DNA of 64,000 nt from Bacteroidia bacterium (GTDB lineage Bacteria > Bacteroidota > Bacteroidia > UKL13-3). Within the stretch, counting starts at the first letter, position 1; each line of letters begins with the position of its first letter. The stretch covers positions 136,558 through 200,557 of the forward strand of contig JBIIBC010000004.1 in the NCBI GenBank assembly GCA_044239605.1, written 5' to 3'. Below are positions 19,886 through 29,301 of this stretch, in pieces. Under the pieces are notes generated by a model. It was given only the letters and a program-made list of their open reading frames with translations. It searched no databases and was not told the DNA's origin. The translations under genes and the position numbers were made by a program.

Positions 19886-21131
19886 ATGCTAATACCACAA
19901 ACCACTTTTGACAATACTTTTAATTTGGTGACTGGTGACATCAGTAAGATTGAAATTAAAGAAAATTCTGATCACAACAATTGCTTAATCCGAGATAAAA
20001 TTTCTCATAGCACTTACTACAAGACATTCATTCTTGATGAAAATTCTAAAACTAAAATTGTTTGTGACATAGCATTTTACCCTTCAAGCGTTACTTCCAA
20101 ATATTTGCCTAGGTTAACGTTCAAGAAAATTGACAACAGCGGATTACAAAAAGAAATTGAAGTAAAAAAAGACATTACAATTGCTTTCCAAAAATCAGAA
20201 CAAGCATTGGTTTTCTGGAAACTCGTTGGGTTTTTAAATAGCTTCAAAGACATTGTTGACACTGGTGAATTTGATACTGCATTCGGTGTTTATTCAAAAA
20301 ACAAGTTCATTGCTGAATTTGAAACACAAACAGAAAAGCAAAAAGTTGAAGATATCAAAACGCTAATTAAAAAATCAGATATAAAAGGAGAACGACATAA
20401 GGTCAATCCTATTTGAAAAACGGAAGCAAAATCTTAAAGCGTTTCTATTTCTTCTCAAAAACCAAGTTGTTAAAGGCAAGTCAAGCATTGACTTTTACAG
20501 AAAAAAGTATTCTATTCCACAAGGAGATGAAGCTGTATGGCATCATTTTTTTAAAAGTAACGATTGGATTTTGGGACTTAACGTTGACATAAAATTTATA
20601 CGTGAATTTTATGATGAGCAAAAAGAGGGAACAGAAAACTCGAAGTCTGTTGGAAGCCCTAAAGCGGACTTGCTAGGTGTTTCAGACTTCACAACATTAA
20701 TTGAGTTGAAACATTCAAAAACTCAAATATTCAAAAAGGAAAAAACTAAAGGTAGAGCTAATACTTGGGACTTTACTACTGACTTTATTGAAGGTGTAAG
20801 CCAATGTCTTGGGCAGAAATTCGCTCTTGATAGAAGTTAAAAGACCAAAGACTTCATTAATGATAACGGAAAGATGCTTGATAAAAATTTAACTCTAACC
20901 ATTGACCCTAAAACAGTATTCATAGTTGGAAATAGAAAAATAGAATTTCCACATGATTTGAACAGCATACATCATATTAAAAGCCAGACATTTGAATTGT
21001 TTAGAAGAAATAACCGAAACGTTGATATTGTTACTTTTGACGAGTTGTTTGAACGGGCTTATCATACAGTTTACGGTGATATAATTCAACAGAACTGGTT
21101 CAACGACAATAACTTCAAAATCCTAGAATGA
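19886..21131 (+). pseudogene. Shedu (SduA)/DUF4263-like PD-(D/E)xK nuclease gene, disrupted by one frameshift and one in-frame stop
   Basis: Three consecutive track ORFs (19886..20416 in frame 2; 20571..20840 and 20874..21131 in frame 0) join into a ~415-codon reading frame. Frame 0 is open from 20385, so a +/-1 shift lies at about 20385-20416. A TAA at 20838-20840 interrupts the frame. The C-terminal half carries DUF4263-like motifs: EAVWHHFFKSNDWILG, KADLLGVSDFTTLIELKHS (D…E-x-K), TVFIVGN, NVDIVTFDELFERA. Confidence 0.55.
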
Positions 21132-21323
21132 AAGAAATACGATGTCATAACAAAAACAAGGTGTCATATCACACAGAAATATTTTTGCAGGCAGAAAGTT
21201 CTGTGCTCCGAATTAAGCTTAGTGTTATAAATCTTACCATAGAGTAGACGTTAAAATATTAGACAGAAATAATAATTTATATATAAATTTACAATAATCA
21301 ACTACATAAAAATAATTAAATTA

Positions 21324-21932
21324 ATGAAGAAAAATATAATATTACTAATAATTTGCCTCTGTTCATTGTTTGTTTCTGCACAAACAGGCACAACAACAAA
21401 TATTGAGGTTCCAACAAGTGAAAGAACACTAAATGCTCCAATTGGACTAACTTTTGGAATGTATAAAGAAAAAGCAAAGGCTATAATGTTTAATAAGAAA
21501 GGCAAATTAGATGTAAAAAGATCTGTTGTTGATAAACTAATTTATGGTAATGTAAAAGTAGGTGGTAAAATGACTGATTTTATTGTTTTACTTTTTGTTG
21601 ATAATAAATTATTTGATGTTTCAATTTACTATTTTGATCTTGATGCTCGACAACAAGAAAATTATGATAAATTAAAGGAAACAATTGATAACAAATATGG
21701 CTTTAGCGAAACTTACAGAACATTTAAATCGCCATACACAGATGGCGATGGTTATGAAATGCAAGCAATAAAAGTTGGTAAAGGTTCAATAACCACTTAT
21801 TGGTCATTAAAGAATGGCATAATTTCACTTGAAATATTAGTAACCATGAATATCTGTGTTGGTTATCAAGATACGAAATTAGCTGATGTTTATTTTGCTC
21901 GAAAAAAGAAAAAAGAAGCTGCTGATTTTTAA
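21324..21932 (+). CDS. Hypothetical secreted protein
   Basis: 202 aa with an N-terminal signal peptide (LLIICLCSLFVSAQ) and no recognisable domain. Confidence 0.5.
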   Translation: MKKNIILLIICLCSLFVSAQTGTTTNIEVPTSERTLNAPIGLTFGMYKEKAKAIMFNKKGKLDVKRSVVDKLIYGNVKVGGKMTDFIVLLFVDNKLFDVSIYYFDLDARQQENYDKLKETIDNKYGFSETYRTFKSPYTDGDGYEMQAIKVGKGSITTYWSLKNGIISLEILVTMNICVGYQDTKLADVYFARKKKKEAADF

Positions 21933-21948
21933 AATAACCTGCTAGTTC

Positions 21949-21968
21949 GGATTTGCAATCCGTTTTTA
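21949..21968 (+). terminator. Rho-independent terminator containing the GGATTTGCAATCC palindrome
   Basis: Hairpin cggatt-tgca-aatccg followed by ttttt, 17 bp after the stop of the 21324..21932 gene. Confidence 0.5.
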
Positions 21969-22034
21969 GCATTCTTATTTAAGAATAAATATATTTAAAG
22001 GAATTTTTTTTCGCATTACAAAATCTAATTCCAG

Positions 22035-22075
22035 CATTAGACGTGACAGGTTTTAAAAACCTGTCACGTCTTTTT
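22035..22075 (+). terminator. Perfect 33-bp palindrome plus T-run, second member of the cattaga-gtgacagg family
   Basis: agacgtgacaggtttt/aaaacctgtcacgtct followed by ttttt. Confidence 0.5.
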
Positions 22076-22239
22076 AGTATAAACTTATCGAAACAATACT
22101 CACTATTTTGCTTTTCAAAAAATTATTATTGCTCCAAAACAAAATATCAACTTAAGTTTGAAAGAAACTACCAAACTAAAGCTAGAAGCATACTTAAAAG
22201 AAAATATTTAAATGTCCGAAAATTATAATCTATCGTCCA

Positions 22240-23157
22240 TCAATTATCAACTTCTACGTTCCAATGCATTATTTGTTTATCATCACTTCCTGTTAAAAGC
22301 TGTGTATCGTTTATCCATAGTACTTTATTGATGGAAGTAACATGTGCTTCATTTCTTGCTTTATCAATTACTTTTAAAAGGTCAAAGGTTTCAGCATCCC
22401 AAATTTTAAGGGTTTTGTCCATGCTTACGGTAGCAAATAAATTGCCATTTGGATTAAACTGAATAGCATTGATATGTAAGTTATGAGCAGGAACATCCTT
22501 TATCAATTCATAGTTATTTTCTGCATCATAAAACTTTAAAAATACATCGCGTCCTCCACTTAATAAATGTTTATTTTTATTGCAATAACTCAAAGCAAAA
22601 ACCGAGTTAACATGATGGTTTAACGTTTGAATTAACTCAAAACTAGTTGCATTGAAAATTCTAATTGAATGGTCTGAAAAACCAATTGCTATGTGATTTA
22701 ATATTGGATTGATGGCAATTGTTCTAGCACTTTTATTACTGGCCTGAATGTTTTTTAAAAGTGTAAAATCTTCAACATTAAATATGTTTATTTTACCATC
22801 ACCACCTGTTGTTATAAAAGTATCATTAAATAGTTTTATATCGTAAATGCCAAGTGTATGCGCTTCTATATTTTTAATTTCTTTATTTACATTTAAATCA
22901 ACTACATGCAAATTACCTTGAGCTGAACCAATTAACAATTGCTTTTTTTCTTCAAGCAATAACAAGCTGTATACTGGTCTTGGCACTTGACAAATTAACT
23001 TTCCATCGGCCTTATTTTCAATATCCCATTCTACCACATAACCCTCGCCTGCACCAGAATAAAAACTATTTTCGTTAATTGATTTGGATAAAGAATAAAT
23101 ACAATCTTTATGTCCGCTATATTGATTTAGTTTGGTTATTTTTATTTTTTTGAGCAT
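22240..23157 (-). CDS. WD40-repeat protein
   Basis: 305 aa with repeated beta-propeller blade motifs (…GSDDK.I..W, …DK.LKIWD, several GH…WD-like units). Confidence 0.65.
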   Translation of the reverse strand: MLKKIKITKLNQYSGHKDCIYSLSKSINENSFYSGAGEGYVVEWDIENKADGKLICQVPRPVYSLLLLEEKKQLLIGSAQGNLHVVDLNVNKEIKNIEAHTLGIYDIKLFNDTFITTGGDGKINIFNVEDFTLLKNIQASNKSARTIAINPILNHIAIGFSDHSIRIFNATSFELIQTLNHHVNSVFALSYCNKNKHLLSGGRDVFLKFYDAENNYELIKDVPAHNLHINAIQFNPNGNLFATVSMDKTLKIWDAETFDLLKVIDKARNEAHVTSINKVLWINDTQLLTGSDDKQIMHWNVEVDN

Positions 23158-23172
23158 CTAAATAGCTAAATT

Positions 23173-25245
23173 TTAAAGTTCTTTAAGGTAATTATAAGTG
23201 GCTATTTGGCTTCTGTTTTTATCTTTACAATCACTTTGTTGAAAATCGTTTTCGCCATGCTCATTTATTTTTCGAGCTTTGCAATTATCAGCTAATTGCA
23301 TATTAATAATGGTTTTAATAGTTTGTCTAATTTCGGGATTGTAAATAGGAAAACCACATTCAATTCTATTGTTTAAGTTTCTACTCATCCAATCCGCACT
23401 GGCCAAATACATTTGTTCATTGCCATTATTTCCAAAAATATAAACACGTGAGTGCTCTAAAAATCTATCAATAATGCTTATTACTTCAATATTTTCGCTG
23501 AGCCCGTTTACACGAGGAACTAACGAACAAACTCCACGAACAATTAATTGTATTTTCACTCCTGCACGGCTAGCATCATAAAGTTTTTTGATTACATCAT
23601 TATCCACCAAACTATTCATTTTGGCAATAATGTAGGCAGGTTTACCCGCTTTTTTATTGGCAGTTTCTGTATCAATCATTTCCAAAAACTTACGTTTCAT
23701 ATTGTCGGGAGCCACCAATAAATGTTTGTAAATTCCTCGTTTTAAGTTTAAAAACAATTGGTCACTTATCATTTCTAACTCACTAGTTAGTCTTTCATCC
23801 TTGGTAAAAATGGCAAAATCACTGTATATTCTGCTTGTCATTCCATTGTAATTCCCGGTAGAAAGATGAGCATATTTTACCGTGTGGTTATTCTCTTTTC
23901 TATAAATTAAACAAAACTTGGTGTGAACCTTTTGTCCTGGTTTTCCAAAATGCACATGTGCACCAGCTTCTTGTAATTGATTGGTCCAATAAATATTTGA
24001 TTCTTCATCAAACCTTGCTTGTAATTCCATTAATACAATAACAATCTTTCCATTTTTTATGGCATTGATTAAGGCATTAACTACATTACTATGCTTGGCT
24101 ACTCTATAAAGTGTAATTTTAATGGTATGGACATTTGGATCAATAGCTGCCTCTCGCAATAACCTAATTAAGTAATCAAATGATTGGTAAGGGTGATGTA
24201 ATAAAACATCATGTTTGGCAATTACATCAAATAAATTTTTTGCTTTATCAAGTTCTTTAACACCAAGTGCAGGTAAATTTTCATAATAATCAGCAGCGCT
24301 ACCTACTTTTGGAAAGTCCATAAAATCTTTAAAGTTATGGTACTTACCACCTGCCACCATGTTTACATTTTTTAGTTCTAGTTTTTTTGCAAATAGTTCA
24401 AGCATTTGTTTTGGCATAGCCGCATCATAAACAAATCTTGTTGGCACTCCTCGTGAACGTTGTTTTAAACTTTTTTGAATTTTATCAAGCAGTGTTACCG
24501 TGTAATCTCTATCATCAGCATCCAACGTAAACTCAGCATCGCGGGTTATTTTTATGATATAGGCTTCGTAAGTATCGTAATCAAATTGTTGGAAAATTCG
24601 GCTAAGGTTTAATTTTATAATGTCTTCAAGGCAAATAATAAAGTTCCCATTTTCGTTGGTTGGTAATTGATAAAAACGATTTAAGATACCAACAGGAACT
24701 TCAATAATGGCGTGCTTTGGGTTTAAAATATTTTTACTGTCACTTAACCTAACAGCCAAGTATATCGATCGGTCTCTTAAGTGTGGAGTATGCCTTAAAT
24801 CATCAATAATTATTGGAAAAAGTAAATTGATAATATTGGCTTTAAAATACTCTTTTACTTGTTGTTTTTGGTCGTCATTTATTTGATCATCATTTACTAA
24901 AAATATTTTTTTACTAGCCAAGCTAGGCAAAATACTGTTTTGATAATTTTTATTAAAACGGTCTTGTAGTGTTTGAACTTTTAATTGAATGGCTTCCAAT
25001 ATTTCGTCAGGACTATTCTGAACATCACTAATTGGTTTTTTGCCATTTACTCTTTGCACTCTTCTTAATTGTGCCACTCGCACCCTAAAAAATTCATCTA
25101 AGTTTGATGAAAAAATAGCTAAAAACTTCAGTCTTTCCATTAACGGGGTTGCTGGATTTTCGGCTTCCTGCAATACACGTTCGTTGAAGTATAGCCAACT
25201 AATTTCTCTGTCTTTAAATAAATAGCCTTTGTAAGATTTTATCAT
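23173..25245 (-). CDS. ppk1: Polyphosphate kinase 1
   Basis: 690 aa. The N-terminal domain (FNERVLQEAENP..PLMERLKFLAIFSSNLDEFFRVRVA) and the tandem PLD-like C-terminal domains with HxK-type motifs (VHTKFCLIYR) match PPK1. Confidence 0.85.
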   Translation of the reverse strand: MIKSYKGYLFKDREISWLYFNERVLQEAENPATPLMERLKFLAIFSSNLDEFFRVRVAQLRRVQRVNGKKPISDVQNSPDEILEAIQLKVQTLQDRFNKNYQNSILPSLASKKIFLVNDDQINDDQKQQVKEYFKANIINLLFPIIIDDLRHTPHLRDRSIYLAVRLSDSKNILNPKHAIIEVPVGILNRFYQLPTNENGNFIICLEDIIKLNLSRIFQQFDYDTYEAYIIKITRDAEFTLDADDRDYTVTLLDKIQKSLKQRSRGVPTRFVYDAAMPKQMLELFAKKLELKNVNMVAGGKYHNFKDFMDFPKVGSAADYYENLPALGVKELDKAKNLFDVIAKHDVLLHHPYQSFDYLIRLLREAAIDPNVHTIKITLYRVAKHSNVVNALINAIKNGKIVIVLMELQARFDEESNIYWTNQLQEAGAHVHFGKPGQKVHTKFCLIYRKENNHTVKYAHLSTGNYNGMTSRIYSDFAIFTKDERLTSELEMISDQLFLNLKRGIYKHLLVAPDNMKRKFLEMIDTETANKKAGKPAYIIAKMNSLVDNDVIKKLYDASRAGVKIQLIVRGVCSLVPRVNGLSENIEVISIIDRFLEHSRVYIFGNNGNEQMYLASADWMSRNLNNRIECGFPIYNPEIRQTIKTIINMQLADNCKARKINEHGENDFQQSDCKDKNRSQIATYNYLKEL

Positions 25246-25389
25246 ATAAAACTTTGATAAGTTTTGTTTAGTTCAAATAAACAATAATAATTGTTGGTTT
25301 TTTTACTATCATTTAAACAACAAAGAAACAAAAAAGGTTAAAATGTATAATAAATAAGAAGTGATAATAATAATTTATTAATGTATCCG

Positions 25390-25420
25390 CAAAAAAAATC
25401 CTGCCTTTTTATGGGCAGGA
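25390..25420 (-). terminator. Minus-strand rho-independent terminator for the 25452..25976 gene
   Basis: Hairpin cctgcc-tttttatg-ggcagg preceded on the + strand by an 8-A run, which is a T-run on the minus strand. Confidence 0.5.
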
Positions 25421-25451
25421 ATAAATAATTATGGGCTTTTGGTAATATTTT

Positions 25452-25976
25452 TTAGGCTTTTTCTTCTTTAAAGAAAGGAACGTTAATGCTTAATAAATAA
25501 AACGAACCAAATAATACAGTTGTATACAATAAATCACCTTTAACCGAGTTTTTGAAAAAAGGAATTGCTCCAAAATAACTTTCCAATACACCAGCAAATG
25601 TATGAGGGTATAATGTATTATCTGCAGTATAAACAAATACAAAATTGGTTATTAAGAAAAACAATATTGAACCTAATAATGATGAACCAATAATTGAAAT
25701 AGGATTATTCTTATTAGTAACTAACATACCAATTACACTAAATAGTGCAGTTGCAACGTAAACTGGAATCATTCCTGCGCCATAAAAACCAATAAAAAAA
25801 TCACTTATAAATAATGCAATTAACGGTAATGCTACTGCCAAAAATCTATTTGCTATGAATGCACCTGCAAACAAAGCTATAGCGCCCATTGGCGAAAAAT
25901 TAGGAGCAAAAGGTAAAAAACGACTAGCTGCTGCTAAAGCTACTAAAGCTACAATGGTTATAAATTTTTTATTCAT
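25452..25976 (-). CDS. Hypothetical small polytopic membrane protein
   Basis: 174 aa with ~5 TM segments and no diagnostic motif. Confidence 0.45.
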   Translation of the reverse strand: MNKKFITIVALVALAAASRFLPFAPNFSPMGAIALFAGAFIANRFLAVALPLIALFISDFFIGFYGAGMIPVYVATALFSVIGMLVTNKNNPISIIGSSLLGSILFFLITNFVFVYTADNTLYPHTFAGVLESYFGAIPFFKNSVKGDLLYTTVLFGSFYLLSINVPFFKEEKA

Positions 25977-26189
25977 TTTTTAAATGCAATTATTAGTTTT
26001 AAAGTGTGCAAAAGTAAACCATATACTTAAAAAACAAAAGAATTAAATAGCCAATTCATCCACATAGTGTGTATTTTCAATTTTACATGGTAATCAGCCG
26101 TTTAATTAGTAATTAAGCCATTAAGCAATTTTTGTTACCTAATTGTTTAGTAAATTATTCATATTGCAAACAAATTATTTAAACAAAGT

Positions 26190-29051
26190 ATGAAAAAACA
26201 CTTTTTACTAGCTGGATTAGCAATTAGTTTAGGTTTAAACACCAACTTAATTGCTCAAACTCAGCCTGCAGCAACAACTGGAACAGTTTTGGTTGAAAAG
26301 GTTGATGCCAAACCAGGCGAATTAAAAATAGCTTACGAAAAATATAAGCTTCCTAATGGTTTAACACTAATTATTCATGAAGATCATTCTGATCCTTTGG
26401 TTCACGTTGAGGTTACTTACCACGTAGGTTCTGCTCGTGAGGCTGCCGGAAAATCAGGATTTGCTCATTTATTCGAGCACATGTTATTTCAAGGTTCAGA
26501 ACATGTAAAAGATGAAGAACATTTTAAAATGGTGTCTGCAGCTGGTGGGCAAATGAATGGTAATACTACACGCGATAGGACTACTTATTTTGAAACTGTT
26601 CCATCAAACTACTTAGAACAAGCACTTTGGTTAGAATCGGATAGAATGGGTTTTTTATTAGATTCATTAACTAGCAAAAAATTTGAAGTACAACGCTCAA
26701 CTGTAAAAAATGAAAAAGGTCAAAATGTAGATAACGTTCCTTATGGTAAAGTAAGCGAAATTCGTGATCAAAATATGTATCCAATGGAACATCCATACAG
26801 CTGGCCAGTAATTGGTTACTTGCGTGATTTGGATAATGCCACTATTGATGATGTGAAAAATTTCTTTATGCGTTGGTATGCACCTAATAATGCTTCATTA
26901 ATTATCAGTGGTGATGTTAATCCTCAAGAAGCAATTAAATTGGTAGAAAAATATTTTGGACCAATTCCAAAAGGACCAGAAGTGCGCAAACAACGTGTAG
27001 AGCCATTTAGATTAGCAGATAATAAATACGTTAACTATCCTGATAAAGTATTTTTTCCTTTAAACGAATATACTTGGCCTACTGTAGCACAATATCATCC
27101 TGATGAACCTGCATTGGATTTTTTAGGTGGAATATTAAGCCAAGGCAAAAATTCTATTTTTTACCGTAATTTCGAAAAGCCAGAGAAAGTAGCTCAAGCA
27201 ATTTCTTATAACTCTGGTTCAGAATTAGCAGGTGAATTTGTAGTTGATTTATTTACTTTCCCTGGAAGTGAAGACAATGAAGAAAAATTATTGATGGAAA
27301 CTTTTTCTGAATTTAATGCTAAAGGTGTTACAGACGAAGAAATTACTGCTGCTTATGCACAAATTGAAAACTCTTTAATTGGAGCAATGGAAAGTGTTCA
27401 AGGTCGTTCTTCATTACTAATGTTTTTCCAATATATTCACTATGGTAAATCATATAATTTAACAGAAGAATTGGCACGTTACAAAAAAGTAACTAAAGAA
27501 GATGTAATGCGCGTGTTTAGAAAATACATTTATAATGTGAATTCAAAAACTAGCCAAAACTTTGTAAAAGTGCGCGTGTTCCCTAAAGATTTAAATGCTG
27601 CCAACAAACAAGAGTATGTTCACAAGGATCCTGAAATGGAAAAAGGTAGTAACGATTTAGAGTATAAAGGATTAAGCTATAATAAACCAAAAGATAATTT
27701 TGATAGAAGTATCCATCCATCACCAACCTCAGCTAAAAACGTAACTGTGCCAACTTATTGGCAAACTACTTTGCCTAACGGTATTAAGATTATAGGAACT
27801 CGCTCTACTGAAACTCCTAATATTGATATTACCATAAAAATGAAAGGTGGTAATATGGTTTTAGAGCCAAGTAAAACTGGATTAGCAAGTTTAACTGCAA
27901 GTATGATGGGTGAGGCTACACAAAGCATGACTGGTGAGCAATTAGATGCAGCAACTAAAAAATTAGGTGGTGGATTTGGATTTAGTGCTGGTTTTGATGC
28001 TTCATTTGCAAGCTTAGGTTGCCAAAAGAAAGATTTAGATGCTATGTTGAAAATTTTTGAAGATGCATTAATGCACCCTAAATTCAACGCAGATGATTAC
28101 AAACGTATCTCAAATCAAACTTATCAAAATGTAGAACAAAGTTTACAAAGTGCTTCATTTGCAGGAAATGTAGTTTTCTCTAGATTAATGTATGGTAAAA
28201 ACTCTATTCAAGGAGTACCTGCAAGTGGAACTACTAAATCTATCAAAAGTTTTAGTATTAAAGATGTTCAAAATTATTACGATAAATATTATGCACCTGA
28301 TTTTGCAACAGTAGTAGTAATTGGCGATTTAAGTCAAGAAGAAGTATTATCAAAATTAAGCTTCTTAAAAACTTGGGGCAAAAAAAATGTAGTATTACCT
28401 GCATTACCTGCTCTACCAGCTGTTGAACAAACACAAATTTATTTAGTTGATAAATACAAAGCTCCTCAATCTCAAATATTTGTTGGAACTCCAGCTTTAC
28501 CATACGATTGGGAAGGTAAATACTATAAAGCTAACCTAATGAACTTTATATTAGGAGGGAACTTTAATAGTCGTTTAAATTTAAATTTACGCGAAGAAAA
28601 AGGGTTTACTTATGGTATTTATAGTGGAATGAGAGGTAATGATTTTAATGGAATTTGGTCTACATCGGCTGGTGTTCGTGCTAGTTCTACCGATAGTTCA
28701 GTTCGTGAAATTATTAAAGAAATAAAATTATTACGCGAAAGAGGAATTGATGATGATGAATTAACATTTATCAAATCTTCAATTGGTCAAAGCGATGCTT
28801 TGAAATACGAATCTAATGGCGATAAAGCTGGATTTTTAAGTGGAATTGCTGATAGAAACTTACCAGCAGATTACCAAGCTCGTCAAAAAGCTATTTTAAA
28901 CGCTTTAACCAAAGATGAAGTAAAACAATTAGCTAACGAAATAATTAACCCTGATAAGTTAGTAATAGTAGTAGTAGGCGATAGAGATAAAGTAACTGAA
29001 CCATTGAAAAAATTAGGTTATAAAGTCACTGAGGTAAAAGCCAACGACTAG
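26190..29051 (+). CDS. M16-family zinc metallopeptidase (insulinase/pitrilysin-like, tandem M16 units)
   Basis: 953 aa with signal peptide. Inverted zinc-binding motif HxxEH (HLFEHMLF) with a downstream E. A second inactive M16-like half. This two-unit secreted architecture is typical of Bacteroidota. Confidence 0.8.
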   Translation: MKKHFLLAGLAISLGLNTNLIAQTQPAATTGTVLVEKVDAKPGELKIAYEKYKLPNGLTLIIHEDHSDPLVHVEVTYHVGSAREAAGKSGFAHLFEHMLFQGSEHVKDEEHFKMVSAAGGQMNGNTTRDRTTYFETVPSNYLEQALWLESDRMGFLLDSLTSKKFEVQRSTVKNEKGQNVDNVPYGKVSEIRDQNMYPMEHPYSWPVIGYLRDLDNATIDDVKNFFMRWYAPNNASLIISGDVNPQEAIKLVEKYFGPIPKGPEVRKQRVEPFRLADNKYVNYPDKVFFPLNEYTWPTVAQYHPDEPALDFLGGILSQGKNSIFYRNFEKPEKVAQAISYNSGSELAGEFVVDLFTFPGSEDNEEKLLMETFSEFNAKGVTDEEITAAYAQIENSLIGAMESVQGRSSLLMFFQYIHYGKSYNLTEELARYKKVTKEDVMRVFRKYIYNVNSKTSQNFVKVRVFPKDLNAANKQEYVHKDPEMEKGSNDLEYKGLSYNKPKDNFDRSIHPSPTSAKNVTVPTYWQTTLPNGIKIIGTRSTETPNIDITIKMKGGNMVLEPSKTGLASLTASMMGEATQSMTGEQLDAATKKLGGGFGFSAGFDASFASLGCQKKDLDAMLKIFEDALMHPKFNADDYKRISNQTYQNVEQSLQSASFAGNVVFSRLMYGKNSIQGVPASGTTKSIKSFSIKDVQNYYDKYYAPDFATVVVIGDLSQEEVLSKLSFLKTWGKKNVVLPALPALPAVEQTQIYLVDKYKAPQSQIFVGTPALPYDWEGKYYKANLMNFILGGNFNSRLNLNLREEKGFTYGIYSGMRGNDFNGIWSTSAGVRASSTDSSVREIIKEIKLLRERGIDDDELTFIKSSIGQSDALKYESNGDKAGFLSGIADRNLPADYQARQKAILNALTKDEVKQLANEIINPDKLVIVVVGDRDKVTEPLKKLGYKVTEVKAND

Positions 29052-29104
29052 TTTATCTATTTAGAGATTTGGAGATTGATTGATTTCTGAATTTTTAGAT
29101 TTTA

Positions 29105-29142
29105 AAAGCCCTTTAAAACATCAGTTTTAAAGGGCTTTTTTT
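29105..29142 (+). terminator. Rho-independent terminator after the M16 peptidase gene
   Basis: Hairpin aaagccctttaaaac/gttttaaagggcttt followed by a T-run. Confidence 0.55.
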
Positions 29143-29301
29143 ATTTGTGAAAACAATCCACATTTTAGCTAAAAATTGTGGGTATTTTATAGCTGTAAAC
29201 AATCTAAAATAGTATATATTTGAATGTTATCGGTTTTTGTAATTATTAAATAACATTTATTATTAAATAAGTATAAAACAGGTAGTTTTAAACAATATAA
29301 A

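Noticed and set aside
22043-22228. 61-aa ORF downstream of the palindromic terminator
   Set aside because: It starts inside the terminator hairpin, has basic low-complexity sequence and no ribosome-binding context. It is probably non-coding.
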